Positions 1-13,409 of a stretch of 47,136 bases of DNA are shown here, one piece after another. The stretch comes from Pseudomonas sp. (GTDB lineage: Bacteria; Pseudomonadota; Gammaproteobacteria; Pseudomonadales; Pseudomonadaceae). Within the stretch, counting starts at the first letter, position 1, and each line of letters starts with the position of its first letter. The stretch is taken from positions 1 to 47,136 of the forward strand of contig NZ_JBOICG010000432.1 in NCBI RefSeq assembly GCF_050739995.1, in the 5' to 3' direction. The position numbers and the translations under genes were made by a program. The notes beneath the pieces are model-generated. The model did not search any database and was not told where the DNA came from. It worked only from the letters and a program-made list of their open reading frames with translations.

Positions 1-322
1 GCCTATGGCTGGGCCGACCTGGTGGTCTGCCGCTCTGGTGCGCTGACTGTCAGTGAATTGGCTGCCGCCGGTCTGCCGTCGTTGCTGGTGCCTTTGCCCC
101 ACGCCATCGATGATCACCAGACCCGCAACGCCGAATATTTGGCCGGGGAGGGCGCTGCCTTCCTGCTGCCGCAAAGAACGACTGGCGCCGCCGATTTGGC
201 CGCACGCCTGACCGAGGTTTTGATGCAACCGGAACGACTCAACAGCATGGCGAGCACCGCAAGCCGCCTGGCCAAACCTGACGCAACCCGCACCGTGGTC
301 GATATCTGCCTGGAGGTGGCCC

Positions 323-330
<8 letters not shown>
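1..330 (+). CDS. murG: Undecaprenyl-PP-MurNAc-pentapeptide N-acetylglucosaminyltransferase MurG, 3' part (truncated by window start)
   Basis: Frame open from base 1: [19 protein letters not shown]...DDHQTRNA (GT28 C-terminal motifs); immediately precedes murC in dcw order. Confidence 0.95.
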
Positions 331-2721
<2,391 letters not shown>

Positions 2722-2725
2722 GAAC

Positions 2726-3595
2726 ATGAAAGGCGCATCGCTTCGTCATCAGCCCCCACCAGTACCGAGCCGCAAGCCGGTGCCACGGGGTGCCAGCCGA
2801 ATGGTGGCTAAAGAGCCGATGTCGGTGCGTTTGCCGAAAGCCAATTTTGGTTTCCTCAAGGCGCTGTTCTGGCCGGTACTGCTGGTGGTATTGGGCTTCG
2901 GTACCTACGAGGGCGCCCAGCGCCTGTTGCCGTATGCCGACCGACCGATCACCAAGATCAGTGTGCAGGGCGACTTGAGCTACATCAGCCAGCAAGCGGT
3001 ACAGCAGCGCATCGGCCCGTACCTGGCGGCGAGCTTCTTTACCATCGACCTGGCCGGTATGCGCTCGGAGCTGGAACAGATGCCGTGGATCGCCCACGCC
3101 GAAGTCCGCCGTGTATGGCCGGACCAGGTGACGATCCGCCTGGAAGAACAACTGCCCGTGGCCCGCTGGGGCGATGGCGCCCTGTTGAACAACCAGGGCC
3201 AGGCGTTCGCGCCGCGTGAAGTGGCCAACTATGAGCACCTGCCGCAGTTGTTCGGACCGCAGCGGGCACAGCAGCAAGTGATGCAGCAGTACCAGGCATT
3301 GAGCCAGATGCTGCGGCCACTGGGCTTCTCCATCGCACGCCTGGAATTGCGTGAGCGGGGCAGCTGGTTTTTGACGACCGGGGCAGGCAGTTCCGGCCCG
3401 GGCATCGAGTTGTTGCTGGGACGCGACCGCTTGGTGGAAAAGATGCGCCGCTTTATTGCCATCTATGACAAAACCTTGAAAGAACAGATTACGAACATTG
3501 CGAGCGTCGACCTGCGTTACGCCAACGGCCTGGCCGTCGGCTGGCGTGAACCAGCTGCGCCGACGACAGCCAAACCCGCTGTCGCGAAGAATTAA
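2726..3595 (+). CDS. ftsQ: Cell division protein FtsQ
   Basis: Single TM, POTRA-like segment ([16 protein letters not shown]), C-terminal [13 protein letters not shown]; start moved to ATG 2726 after GAGG; between ddl and ftsA. Confidence 0.93.
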   Translation: MKGASLRHQPPPVPSRKPVPRGASRMVAKEPMSVRLPKANFGFLKALFWPVLLVVLGFGTYEGAQRLLPYADRPITKISVQGDLSYISQQAVQQRIGPYLAASFFTIDLAGMRSELEQMPWIAHAEVRRVWPDQVTIRLEEQLPVARWGDGALLNNQGQAFAPREVANYEHLPQLFGPQRAQQQVMQQYQALSQMLRPLGFSIARLELRERGSWFLTTGAGSSGPGIELLLGRDRLVEKMRRFIAIYDKTLKEQITNIASVDLRYANGLAVGWREPAAPTTAKPAVAKN

Positions 3596-3610
3596 GAAGA
3601 GGCAGGACCC

Positions 3611-4873
3611 ATGGCAAACGTGCAAAGCGGCAAAATGATCGTCGGTCTCGATATCGGCACCTCCAAAGTGGTGGCGCTGGTGGGCGAGGTCGGGGAAGAC
3701 GGCGTTATCGAGATCGTCGGTATTGGCACGCATCCGTCCCGGGGCCTGAAGAAGGGCGTGGTGGTGAACATCGAGTCCACCGTGCAATCGATCCAGCGCG
3801 CCATCGAAGAAGCGCAGTTGATGGCCGGTTGCCGGATCCACTCGGCGTTCGTCGGCGTGGCCGGCAACCATATTCGCAGCCTGAACTCCCACGGCATCGT
3901 GGCGATCCGCGATCGCGAAGTCAGCTCGGCCGACCTTGAGCGCGTCCTCGACGCCGCCCAGGCCGTGGCGATCCCGGCTGACCAGCGCGTGCTGCACACC
4001 CTGCCGCAGGACTATGTGATCGACAACCAGGAAGGCGTTCGCGAGCCCCTGGGTATGTCGGGCGTACGTCTGGAAGCCAAGGTCCATGTGGTGACCTGCG
4101 CCGTCAACGCCGCACAGAACATTGAAAAGTGCGTGCGCCGCTGCGGCCTGGAAATCGACGACATCATTCTTGAGCAACTGGCTTCGGCCTACTCGGTACT
4201 GACCGACGACGAAAAAGAACTGGGCGTGTGCCTGGTGGACATCGGCGGCGGTACCACTGATATCGCGATCTTCACCGAGGGTGCGATCCGTCACACCGCC
4301 GTGATCCCGATTGCCGGCGACCAGGTGACCAACGACATCGCCATGGCGTTGCGCACACCCACCCAGTACGCCGAAGAAATCAAGATCCGCTACGCCTGCG
4401 CCTTGGCCAAGCTGGCCGGTGCCGGTGAAACCATCAAGGTGCCGAGCGTGGGCGACCGTCCACCGCGCGAACTGTCGCGCCAGGCCCTGGCTGAAGTGGT
4501 CGAGCCACGCTACGACGAGCTGTTCACGTTGATCCAGGCTGAACTGCGTCGCAGCGGTTATGAAGATTTGATCCCGGCCGGCATCGTGCTGACCGGTGGC
4601 ACCTCGAAGATGGAAGGCGCGGTCGAACTGGCCGAGGAAATCTTCCACATGCCGGTGCGCCTGGGCGTGCCCCATGGCGTCAAGGGCCTGGGCGACGTCG
4701 TGCGCAACCCGATTTATTCCACTGGCGTGGGCTTGCTGTTGTACGGGCTGCAGAAGCAGACCGACGGCATTTCCCTGTCGGGCCCGAGCATTCGTGACAG
4801 CTACCGCAGCGATGATGATGAGAAAGCGCCGTTGCTGGATCGGATCAAAAGCTGGGTACAGGGCAATTTCTAA
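3611..4873 (+). CDS. ftsA: Cell division protein FtsA
   Basis: VGLDIGTSKV, LVDIGGGTTD, VLTGGTS actin-like motifs; amphipathic C-terminal helix. Confidence 0.97.
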   Translation: MANVQSGKMIVGLDIGTSKVVALVGEVGEDGVIEIVGIGTHPSRGLKKGVVVNIESTVQSIQRAIEEAQLMAGCRIHSAFVGVAGNHIRSLNSHGIVAIRDREVSSADLERVLDAAQAVAIPADQRVLHTLPQDYVIDNQEGVREPLGMSGVRLEAKVHVVTCAVNAAQNIEKCVRRCGLEIDDIILEQLASAYSVLTDDEKELGVCLVDIGGGTTDIAIFTEGAIRHTAVIPIAGDQVTNDIAMALRTPTQYAEEIKIRYACALAKLAGAGETIKVPSVGDRPPRELSRQALAEVVEPRYDELFTLIQAELRRSGYEDLIPAGIVLTGGTSKMEGAVELAEEIFHMPVRLGVPHGVKGLGDVVRNPIYSTGVGLLLYGLQKQTDGISLSGPSIRDSYRSDDDEKAPLLDRIKSWVQGNF

Positions 4874-4954
4874 CGATTTACCGCAACACCGACACACCGC
4901 AACACCGTTGTAAGCAGTAGGCGAAAAAACTAGAGAAATGAAAGGAGAGGGAAC

Positions 4955-6151
4955 ATGTTCGAACTCGTAGACAACATCCCCGCAAGCCCGGTCATCAAAG
5001 TGATCGGTGTCGGCGGTGGCGGCGGCAACGCTGTCAACCATATGGTCAAGAGCAACATTGAAGGCGTTGAATTCATCTGCGCCAACACTGATGCCCAGGC
5101 GCTGAAAAGCATTGGCGCGCGGACCATCCTGCAACTGGGCACAGCCGTGACCAAGGGCCTCGGCGCTGGCGCCAACCCGGAGGTCGGCCGTCAAGCCGCC
5201 CTGGAAGACCGCGAGCGTATCGCTGAAGTGCTGCAAGGCACCAACATGGTCTTCATCACGACCGGCATGGGCGGTGGTACCGGTACCGGTGCTGCGCCGA
5301 TCATCGCCGAAGTGGCCAAGGAAATGGGCATTCTGACGGTCGCTGTCGTGACCCGTCCGTTCCCGTTCGAAGGTCGCAAGCGCATGCAGATCGCCGACGA
5401 AGGCATCCGTCTGCTGTCTGAAAGCGTCGACTCGTTGATCACCATTCCCAACGAGAAGCTGCTGACCATCCTGGGCAAGGACGCAAGCCTGCTGTCCGCT
5501 TTTGCCAAGGCTGACGATGTACTGGCCGGTGCCGTTCGCGGTATCTCCGACATCATCAAGCGTCCAGGCATGATCAACGTCGACTTTGCCGACGTGCGTA
5601 CCGTGATGAGCGAAATGGGCATGGCGATGATGGGCACTGGCTGCGCCAGCGGTCCGAACCGTGCACGTGAAGCCACTGAAGCGGCGATCCGCAACCCGTT
5701 GCTGGAAGACGTGAACCTGCAAGGCGCACGCGGCATCCTGGTGAACATCACCGCCGGTCCTGACCTGTCCCTGGGTGAGTACTCCGACGTGGGTAGCATC
5801 ATCGAAGCCTTCGCCTCCGAGCACGCCATGGTCAAAGTCGGTACCGTGATCGATCCGGACATGCGTGATGAACTGCACGTGACCGTGGTTGCTACCGGCC
5901 TGGGTGCGAAAATCGAGAAGCCTGTGAAGGTGATCGACAACACCCTGCACAACAGCCAGGCCAGCCAGGCGGCCGCCGCTCCAGCACCTGCTCGCCAGGA
6001 ACTGCCGTCGGTGAACTACCGTGATCTGGACCGTCCGACCGTGATGCGCAACCAGGCCCAGGCCGGTGCTGCGGCGTCCCGTAGCCTGAATCCGCAAGAT
6101 GATCTGGACTACCTGGACATCCCGGCATTCTTGCGTCGTCAGGCCGATTAA
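4955..6151 (+). CDS. ftsZ: Cell division protein FtsZ
   Basis: GGGTGTG tubulin signature, C-terminal LDIPAFLRRQAD; strong RBS AAAGGAGAGG. Confidence 0.98.
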   Translation: MFELVDNIPASPVIKVIGVGGGGGNAVNHMVKSNIEGVEFICANTDAQALKSIGARTILQLGTAVTKGLGAGANPEVGRQAALEDRERIAEVLQGTNMVFITTGMGGGTGTGAAPIIAEVAKEMGILTVAVVTRPFPFEGRKRMQIADEGIRLLSESVDSLITIPNEKLLTILGKDASLLSAFAKADDVLAGAVRGISDIIKRPGMINVDFADVRTVMSEMGMAMMGTGCASGPNRAREATEAAIRNPLLEDVNLQGARGILVNITAGPDLSLGEYSDVGSIIEAFASEHAMVKVGTVIDPDMRDELHVTVVATGLGAKIEKPVKVIDNTLHNSQASQAAAAPAPARQELPSVNYRDLDRPTVMRNQAQAGAAASRSLNPQDDLDYLDIPAFLRRQAD

Positions 6152-6227
6152 TGGAATGTATCAGGGCTATGAAGGTGATTGGTGTTCAGCAAAGGTCTGG
6201 TCTGCTATTATCGCCAGCCTTTGTTGA

Positions 6228-7175
<948 letters not shown>

Positions 7176-7201
7176 GTAACAACTCTCTTTCTTTAGTTTT
7201 G

Positions 7202-7229
7202 AAAGGCCACCTTCGGGTGGCCTTTTTTT
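7202..7229 (+). terminator. Rho-independent terminator of the dcw/lpxC transcript (possibly bidirectional)
   Basis: AAAGGCCACC-TTCG-GGTGGCCTTT stem-loop with a 7-T run, between convergent genes. Confidence 0.9.
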
Positions 7230-7262
7230 ATGCCGGCTCTCATTTTAAATGCAGTCCCACAT

Positions 7263-8753
7263 TCAAAGAGTCGTGGCATCCACAATTCGATTGCGCCCCG
7301 TATGCTTGGCCTCATACAACGCCTGATCCGCACTGAGCAACAACCCCTCCAGCGACAAACGACTGCGTTTTTCCCAAGTGCTCATGCCGATGCTAACGGT
7401 GATCGGCTGCTCGGCACCCGCCACCCGTGGCAAATGCTCGACACTGCTGCGGATATGCTCGGCAATCACCCAGGCGCCCTTGGCATCGGTATGCGGTAAT
7501 ACCACCGCAAACTCCTCTCCGCCATAGCGGGCCGCCAGGTCGGCAGGTCGGCGGATGTTGTCTTCAATCACCTGAGCGACCGTGCGCAGTGCCTCGTCAC
7601 CACCGTGGTGGCCATGGCGGTCGTTGAAGGCTTTGAAGTGGTCGACATCAATCATCAGCAACGTCAGCGGTTCGGTGGTGCGTTGCGCGCGGTCCCACTC
7701 CAGGCGCAGGCGTTCGTCCAGGGTGCGACGGTTGGCCACGCCGGTCAGGGCGTCGGTAGCTGCCAGTTCTGACAGCACCCGTTCGGCGTGATGGCGGCGG
7801 CGCAGTTCCTTGCTGAGCATCCAGGTCAGCCACAGCAGACCGATGCACAGCAACCCCGTGGCGAGGCTGATCAGCACGGCCGCACGTTTCCATTGGGCGA
7901 AGACTTCGTCGGTAGACAAAGCCACCGCCACGATCAGCGGCAAGTTGCCGACCGTGGAGAAGGTATAGAGCCGCTCCTGATGGTCGACACTGGAGATGCC
8001 ACGAAAGCTGCCGTCCCGCTCCTTGAGCATGCGCGCCACGTTCGGGCGTTGGCTCAGGTCTTTGTCGACTATGTCCATCTCCAGCATCGGTTGCTGCGCG
8101 AGCAAGATGCCTTGGTGGTTGATCAGGTTGATGGTGCTGTTACTGCCGATATTCAGGCTGCTGAACAATTGATGGAAATACGACAGGCGCATGGAGGCGA
8201 CCGCGACGCCCTGGAAGCTGCCGTCCGGCGCGGAAAGGCGGCGGCTGAACGCGATGCGCCATTGGTCGTCGCACACGCAGCGCGCGGAAAACGGGCGGCT
8301 GATATACAAGCCAAGATCGGGGTTGGCGCGATGCACCTGGAAATAGTCGCGGTCGGCGAAGTTGCCGGTCTTGGGGATGAGCAACGAGGAGTCGGCAATG
8401 ACCCCTCCATCAGCGTCCAGCAGCAGAATGTCGCCCTTGTACGGCGCCGCGGCCGAGCGGTCGAACAGCACCAGGTGGCGGATGCTCGCTGAAACGCCCT
8501 GCAAGTCATTGCGTTGGGCGGCGGCGATCAGGCCGTTGAGTGCCGTGTCGTAAAGCTCGACGTTACGCAGTACATCAGCCTCGATCAGTTGAGTGATGTT
8601 GTTCGCCGTGCGTGTTGCAGCCTGCTGGGTGTTGCCGTGCTCTCGAATCAGCAAGGCGGCGACGATCGCCACGATCAACATGACCGTGAAGACGCTGCCC
8701 AGGATCAGCAAACGTTCCGGGCGACGTGTAGGGCGTGAGAGGCTCGGGCTCAT
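7263..8753 (-). CDS. Membrane-bound diguanylate cyclase (TM-periplasmic Cache-like sensor-TM-GGEEF), copy 1
   Basis: Two TM segments, TDALTGVANRR, IDVDHFKAFND, RPAD I-site followed by RYGGEEF, ADQALYEAK. Confidence 0.93.
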   Translation of the reverse strand: MSPSLSRPTRRPERLLILGSVFTVMLIVAIVAALLIREHGNTQQAATRTANNITQLIEADVLRNVELYDTALNGLIAAAQRNDLQGVSASIRHLVLFDRSAAAPYKGDILLLDADGGVIADSSLLIPKTGNFADRDYFQVHRANPDLGLYISRPFSARCVCDDQWRIAFSRRLSAPDGSFQGVAVASMRLSYFHQLFSSLNIGSNSTINLINHQGILLAQQPMLEMDIVDKDLSQRPNVARMLKERDGSFRGISSVDHQERLYTFSTVGNLPLIVAVALSTDEVFAQWKRAAVLISLATGLLCIGLLWLTWMLSKELRRRHHAERVLSELAATDALTGVANRRTLDERLRLEWDRAQRTTEPLTLLMIDVDHFKAFNDRHGHHGGDEALRTVAQVIEDNIRRPADLAARYGGEEFAVVLPHTDAKGAWVIAEHIRSSVEHLPRVAGAEQPITVSIGMSTWEKRSRLSLEGLLLSADQALYEAKHTGRNRIVDATTL

Positions 8754-8837
8754 CGGGCTTACTTCTGATTCCTGGATGCCAATAGCGTAGTACTTGTAGG
8801 GCTTGGCAGGGTACAGGTTGCTGATGGGTGATCAAGG

Positions 8838-10331
8838 TCAGAGTACGGCGGCGTCCACAATCCGATTGCGCCCGGTGTTCTTGGCTTCGTAAAGCGCCTG
8901 ATCCGCACCCAGCAACAATGCTTCCAGCGAGAGACGGTGGCCTTTATCCCAGGTGCTCATGCCGATACTCACGGTAATCGGCTGCTCGGCGCCTGCCACC
9001 CGTGGCAGGTGCTCGACACTGCTGCGGATATGTTCAGCAATGACCCAGGCGCCTTTGACGTCGGTATGCGGCAGCACCACCGCAAACTCTTCTCCACCGT
9101 AGCGTGCCGCCAGGTCGGCCGGGCGCCGGATGTTGCCGCCGATCACCTGGGCAACCGTGCGCAGCGCCTCGTCACCACCGTGATGGCCATGGCGGTCGTT
9201 GAAGTCCTTGAAGTGGTCGACGTCGATCATCAGCAGGGTGAGCGGCTCGGTGGAGCGCTGCGCACGGTCCCATTCCAGGCGCAGGCGCTGGTCCAGGGTG
9301 CGACGGTTGGCCAGGCCGGTCAGGGCATCGGTGGCGGCCAGTTCCGACAGCACCTGTTCGGCGCGATAGCGACGGCGCAGTTCCCGGCGCAGCATCCAGG
9401 TCAGCCATAACAAACCGATGCACAGTACACCGGTGGCGCCACTGGTCAGCAGTGCGGCACGTTTCCAAGGGGCAAACACATCCTCGCTGGACAGGGCCAC
9501 CACCACGATCAGCGGCAAATCACCCACAGCGGTAAACGTGTACAAGCGCTCCGTGCCGGTGACGGCGGAAATGGCCTGGAAGCTGCCTTCGCCTTGGCCC
9601 AGTATGCGCTTGAAATTCGGGCGGTCGCTCAGGTCCTTGTTGATCATGTCGCTTTCCAGCAGCGGCTGCTGGGCCAGGAGAATGCCCCGGGTGTTCATCA
9701 GGTTGACGCTGCTGCTATTGCCGATGGTGAGGCGATTGAATAGCTGATCGAAATACGCCAGGCGCATGGTCGCCACCGCCACGCCGGCAAACTCGCCATT
9801 GGGTCCCGGGACACGTCGGCTGAATGCAATGCGCCACACTTGATCGCAGTCGCAGCGGATCTTGAAGGGGCAGCTGATAAACAGCCCCGCTTGAGGGTTC
9901 TGTTTCTGTGCCAGGAAGTAATCGCGATCGGCAAAGTTACGCGGCGTCGGCCGCAGTGTCGAGGAGTCGGCAAATACCGTGCCTTCGGCATCCAGCAACA
10001 GCACTTCGCCCTTGAAGGGGGCCGCGTTGGATTGATCAAACTGCACAAGGTGCTGAATATCAGCAGGCATCTGCGTCAGTTCCTTGCGCGAGGTAGCCGC
10101 GATCAAACCCTGCAATGCCAGATCGTAAAGCTCGACGTTGCGCAGCGCATCGGCATTAATCAATTGGGTGATATTGGTGGTCATGCGCTTGGCCGCCTGC
10201 AACGTGCTGGCGTGTTCGCGGCTTAGCAACGCCGCGACGATGACCACGATCAGGATGACGGTGAGACCACTGCCCATCATCAGCAGCAGCTCTGGACGTG
10301 CGGGCAGGGTACGAATGCGGGGTTGGCTCAT
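8838..10331 (-). CDS. Membrane-bound diguanylate cyclase (TM-periplasmic Cache-like sensor-TM-GGEEF), copy 2
   Basis: Same architecture and motifs as 7263-8753; tandem paralogue. Confidence 0.93.
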   Translation of the reverse strand: MSQPRIRTLPARPELLLMMGSGLTVILIVVIVAALLSREHASTLQAAKRMTTNITQLINADALRNVELYDLALQGLIAATSRKELTQMPADIQHLVQFDQSNAAPFKGEVLLLDAEGTVFADSSTLRPTPRNFADRDYFLAQKQNPQAGLFISCPFKIRCDCDQVWRIAFSRRVPGPNGEFAGVAVATMRLAYFDQLFNRLTIGNSSSVNLMNTRGILLAQQPLLESDMINKDLSDRPNFKRILGQGEGSFQAISAVTGTERLYTFTAVGDLPLIVVVALSSEDVFAPWKRAALLTSGATGVLCIGLLWLTWMLRRELRRRYRAEQVLSELAATDALTGLANRRTLDQRLRLEWDRAQRSTEPLTLLMIDVDHFKDFNDRHGHHGGDEALRTVAQVIGGNIRRPADLAARYGGEEFAVVLPHTDVKGAWVIAEHIRSSVEHLPRVAGAEQPITVSIGMSTWDKGHRLSLEALLLGADQALYEAKNTGRNRIVDAAVL

Positions 10332-10417
10332 CGCGCAGCCTTCAACAAGGAGAATGCTGGCAGTTTAGTTCTACGCGATGAAAATTAAATGATTGGTTAA
10401 CAAGAAAGATCAGCGAG

Positions 10418-11740
10418 TTAGAACACGTTGATCGGGTAATCCACGATCACGCGGTATTCATCCACATCCCGATCGACCGCCGAGTAGCCGTTGCCACCGC
10501 GGTTGGTTGCCCATTGCAGACGCACGGCCAGGTTCTTGGCCTTGCCGCCCTGCACCACGTATTTGAGGTCGATGTCCCGTTCCCAGTGCTTGGCGTCTTT
10601 ACCGTCGGCGCTGTACCAGGCGCTGTAGCCACGGCTGTTGGGATCGACCTTGGTCAGGTCGGTCTTGCCGCTGATATACGACACGGCCGAAGTCAGGCCG
10701 GGCAGGCCCCAGCCCGCGAAATCATAGGCGTACTTGAGTTTCCACGAACGCTCGTTGGGCCCGTTGAAGTCCGAGTACTGCTGGGAGTTGTCCAGGTAAA
10801 TGCTGTCGCCCTGGGTGATGTAGTCGAACGGCGTGTTGCCGTTGACCCGCTGGTAGGCGGCGGTGACGCTGTGGTGGCCGATGCCCACGGTGAAATGCAG
10901 GCTGTAGGTGTTGTTGTCGATGTTGCCCAGCAACGCCTGTCCGGTGTCCTGGGTGTGGTAGTAGTGCAGGCCCGGGTTGAGGCTGACCAGGTCGTTCAGC
11001 GCGTAGGTGTAGTCCAGGTCGTAGTAGTACTGGTGCCAAACGTCTTTGAGTTCGGAGGCGTACAGGTTGCTGGTCAGGCCCTGAATACCGCTGAACGACA
11101 CACCGGCCCAGTTCAGGTGCTGGCTGTCGGCGTGACTCGGCAGGGTACCGTAGCTGGTGCCGATACGGCGGTGTCCGCTCTGGTTATAGAGCTTGGTGAA
11201 ACTGGCCTGGCCGCCTTCAAGCATCCAGCCGTCGACGCTGTGGTTGGTCAGGCTCACGCCACGGAAGGTCTGCGGCAACATGCGGGTCATGCCGCCGGCG
11301 ATCACCGGGTTATTGAGGAACAAATCGCCGGCTTTCAGCTCGGTGTCGAACGCCCGCATTTTCAAGGTGCCGCCCGCAGTGGAGAACGAGCCCGGCGCTT
11401 TGCCGTTGCCGCTGCCGTAAGGCAGGATGCTGGAGCCGTCGGTGCCGCCGCCCCCGTCGAGTTTGAGGCCGAGCATGGCATTGAGGTCCAGGCCAAAACC
11501 GACCGTGCCCTGGGTGTAGCCGGACTCGAACGTGCCGATAAAACCCTGGCCCCATTCCTTGCTGTCATCGGTGTGAATGTCGCGACGGTCGCGGTTCATG
11601 TAGTAGTTGCGGGTGTTGATGTTGAGGTGTGAGCCCTCAACGAAACCGTCGGTGGGGGTGGTGTCTGCTGCTTGGGCGAGAGGGACGATCGTTGCTGCGA
11701 TGGCGAGGAATAACGGGGTGAACGTCAGCGAGGTTTTCAC
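10418..11740 (-). CDS. OprD/Occ-family outer membrane porin
   Basis: Signal peptide, [37 protein letters not shown]-terminal [11 protein letters not shown] start at 11740 after AAAGGAG. Confidence 0.92.
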   Translation of the reverse strand: MKTSLTFTPLFLAIAATIVPLAQAADTTPTDGFVEGSHLNINTRNYYMNRDRRDIHTDDSKEWGQGFIGTFESGYTQGTVGFGLDLNAMLGLKLDGGGGTDGSSILPYGSGNGKAPGSFSTAGGTLKMRAFDTELKAGDLFLNNPVIAGGMTRMLPQTFRGVSLTNHSVDGWMLEGGQASFTKLYNQSGHRRIGTSYGTLPSHADSQHLNWAGVSFSGIQGLTSNLYASELKDVWHQYYYDLDYTYALNDLVSLNPGLHYYHTQDTGQALLGNIDNNTYSLHFTVGIGHHSVTAAYQRVNGNTPFDYITQGDSIYLDNSQQYSDFNGPNERSWKLKYAYDFAGWGLPGLTSAVSYISGKTDLTKVDPNSRGYSAWYSADGKDAKHWERDIDLKYVVQGGKAKNLAVRLQWATNRGGNGYSAVDRDVDEYRVIVDYPINVF

Positions 11741-11808
11741 CGGTGGAGCTCCTTTGGTCAATCATTAACGGCCAATGTCGTGGGTGTGTGCCTGGCCTTT
11801 TTTACGGC

Positions 11809-11837
11809 AAAAAAAAGCCGCTGAAGTCAGCGGCTTT
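11809..11837 (-). terminator. Intrinsic terminator about 70 nt upstream of the porin start (attenuator or end of the upstream operon)
   Basis: Minus strand reads GCCGCTG-ACTT-CAGCGGC followed by 8 T. Confidence 0.8.
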
Positions 11838-11977
11838 AAGACAGATTCCCAGTGTAGAGCCCTGGAAAAAAGTCGAGGGAAATTCGGGTGAGCGGGAAGC
11901 TGTCTTTGCCGTCGCGCTCATCGGTGCGTCAAAGTAACGCAGGTGAGCGGTGCGATATAGAGTGTAACAAGATAATG

Positions 11978-12000
11978 ACTGTTGCCCAAATCGCAACAGT
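11978..12000. promoter_or_regulatory. Inverted repeat, candidate operator upstream of the porin leader
   Basis: ACTGTTGC-N7-GCAACAGT perfect 8-bp arms in AT-richer intergenic DNA. Confidence 0.4.
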
Positions 12001-12044
12001 ATGAGGTTTGGCTGCTGCACATTTGCTGGCGGTGTTCTTAAGAT

Positions 12045-13409
12045 TCAGACGGGCAGGGTGATGCCAAAGGTATTGCCGCCGCCCTCGCTGCGCACGAACA
12101 CATCGCCACCGTGCATCAGCGCAATCGCCTTGACGATGGCCAGCCCCAACCCATGATTGGCCCCGCTGTTACTGCGTGACGCGTCCACTCGATAAAAGCG
12201 TTCGAACAAGCGTGGCAAGTGCTCGCTGGCAATTTCATCGCCAGGGTTGGTTACCCCAATCGTTACCTGATGCGCCTGCTGTTCAATATTCACCTCGATG
12301 ACCTGCCCCGGCGCGGTGTGTTGTACCGCATTGCCCAGCAGGTTGATCAGCGCACGGCGCAGGTGGGCCTTTTCGATATGCACCAGGGCATCGCCACGGA
12401 CCTGCACCTTGACCTGGGCGTCTTCGAGGATGAAGTCCAGGTAATCGAGGGTGGTCGCGACCTCATCGGCCAATGAGCTTTCAATCAGCTTGGTCGCCTT
12501 GCTGCCTTGGTCGGCGCTGGCCAGGAACAGCATGTCGTTAATGATCGAGCGCAGGCGTTCGAGCTCTTCAAGGTTGGACTGCAGCACCTCGAAGTAATGC
12601 TCCGCCGAACGCCCCCGCGTGAGCGCGACTTGGGTTTGGCCGATCAGGTTGGTCAACGGCGAGCGCAGTTCGTGGGCCACGTCGGCGTTAAACGACTCCA
12701 GGCGCGAGTAGGCTTGCTCCACACGGTCGAGGGTGGAGTTGAACGAGTTGACGAACTGGCTCAGTTCCGGCGGCAGCGGTGACAATTGCAGGCGCCCGGA
12801 CAATTTTGGCGGCGCGAGCTTCTGCGCTTCATCCGACAGTTTGCCCAAGGGCTTGAGCCCGATGCGCGATACCCAGAATCCCAGCAACGCCGCCAAAGCC
12901 ACGCCGACAAAGGCCAGGCCGATCAGGGCAATCAACAACTGATGTTGGGTGGCGCGGAAGTTTTCGGTGTCGATGGCAATCATGAAGCGCAAAGGCGGAC
13001 GTTGCTCTTTAGCCGGGAACTGGCTCACCAGTACTTTGAACGGGTATTCATGCCCCGGCAGCCGCAGGTCACGCTTGCCGGTGGGGCCGGCGGCGAAGGC
13101 GCGAATCTGTGCATCCGGTTGACCGTATTCATAATTGGGATCGCTGCTGACCACCCAAAAACGAATGCGTTTGTCTTCTTCACCCAACAGCTTGAGTTTG
13201 GCGGTGATCTTCGCCCAATGGTCCGGCGTGCCGAAGCGTGTCACCGAGGATTCCAGCACACTGTAGCGCGCGTCCAGCTCGGCGCCGGGCAGCAAGCCCA
13301 GGCCACGGTCGACTTGCTGGTACAGCGCGCCGCCGATCAGCATGAAGATCAGCAGCGCCACCAGGGTGAACATGCCGCTCAGGCGCAAGGCGATGGAATT
13401 AGCCGCCAC
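12045..13409 (-). CDS. CusS/heavy-metal-family sensor histidine kinase (MmnS-like)
   Basis: Two TMs, HAMP, H-box FNADVAHELRSPL, N-box NLLGNAVQH, HGLGLAIV; GTG start at 13409 after GGAGAG, overlapping the regulator stop. Confidence 0.9.
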   Translation of the reverse strand: MAANSIALRLSGMFTLVALLIFMLIGGALYQQVDRGLGLLPGAELDARYSVLESSVTRFGTPDHWAKITAKLKLLGEEDKRIRFWVVSSDPNYEYGQPDAQIRAFAAGPTGKRDLRLPGHEYPFKVLVSQFPAKEQRPPLRFMIAIDTENFRATQHQLLIALIGLAFVGVALAALLGFWVSRIGLKPLGKLSDEAQKLAPPKLSGRLQLSPLPPELSQFVNSFNSTLDRVEQAYSRLESFNADVAHELRSPLTNLIGQTQVALTRGRSAEHYFEVLQSNLEELERLRSIINDMLFLASADQGSKATKLIESSLADEVATTLDYLDFILEDAQVKVQVRGDALVHIEKAHLRRALINLLGNAVQHTAPGQVIEVNIEQQAHQVTIGVTNPGDEIASEHLPRLFERFYRVDASRSNSGANHGLGLAIVKAIALMHGGDVFVRSEGGGNTFGITLPV

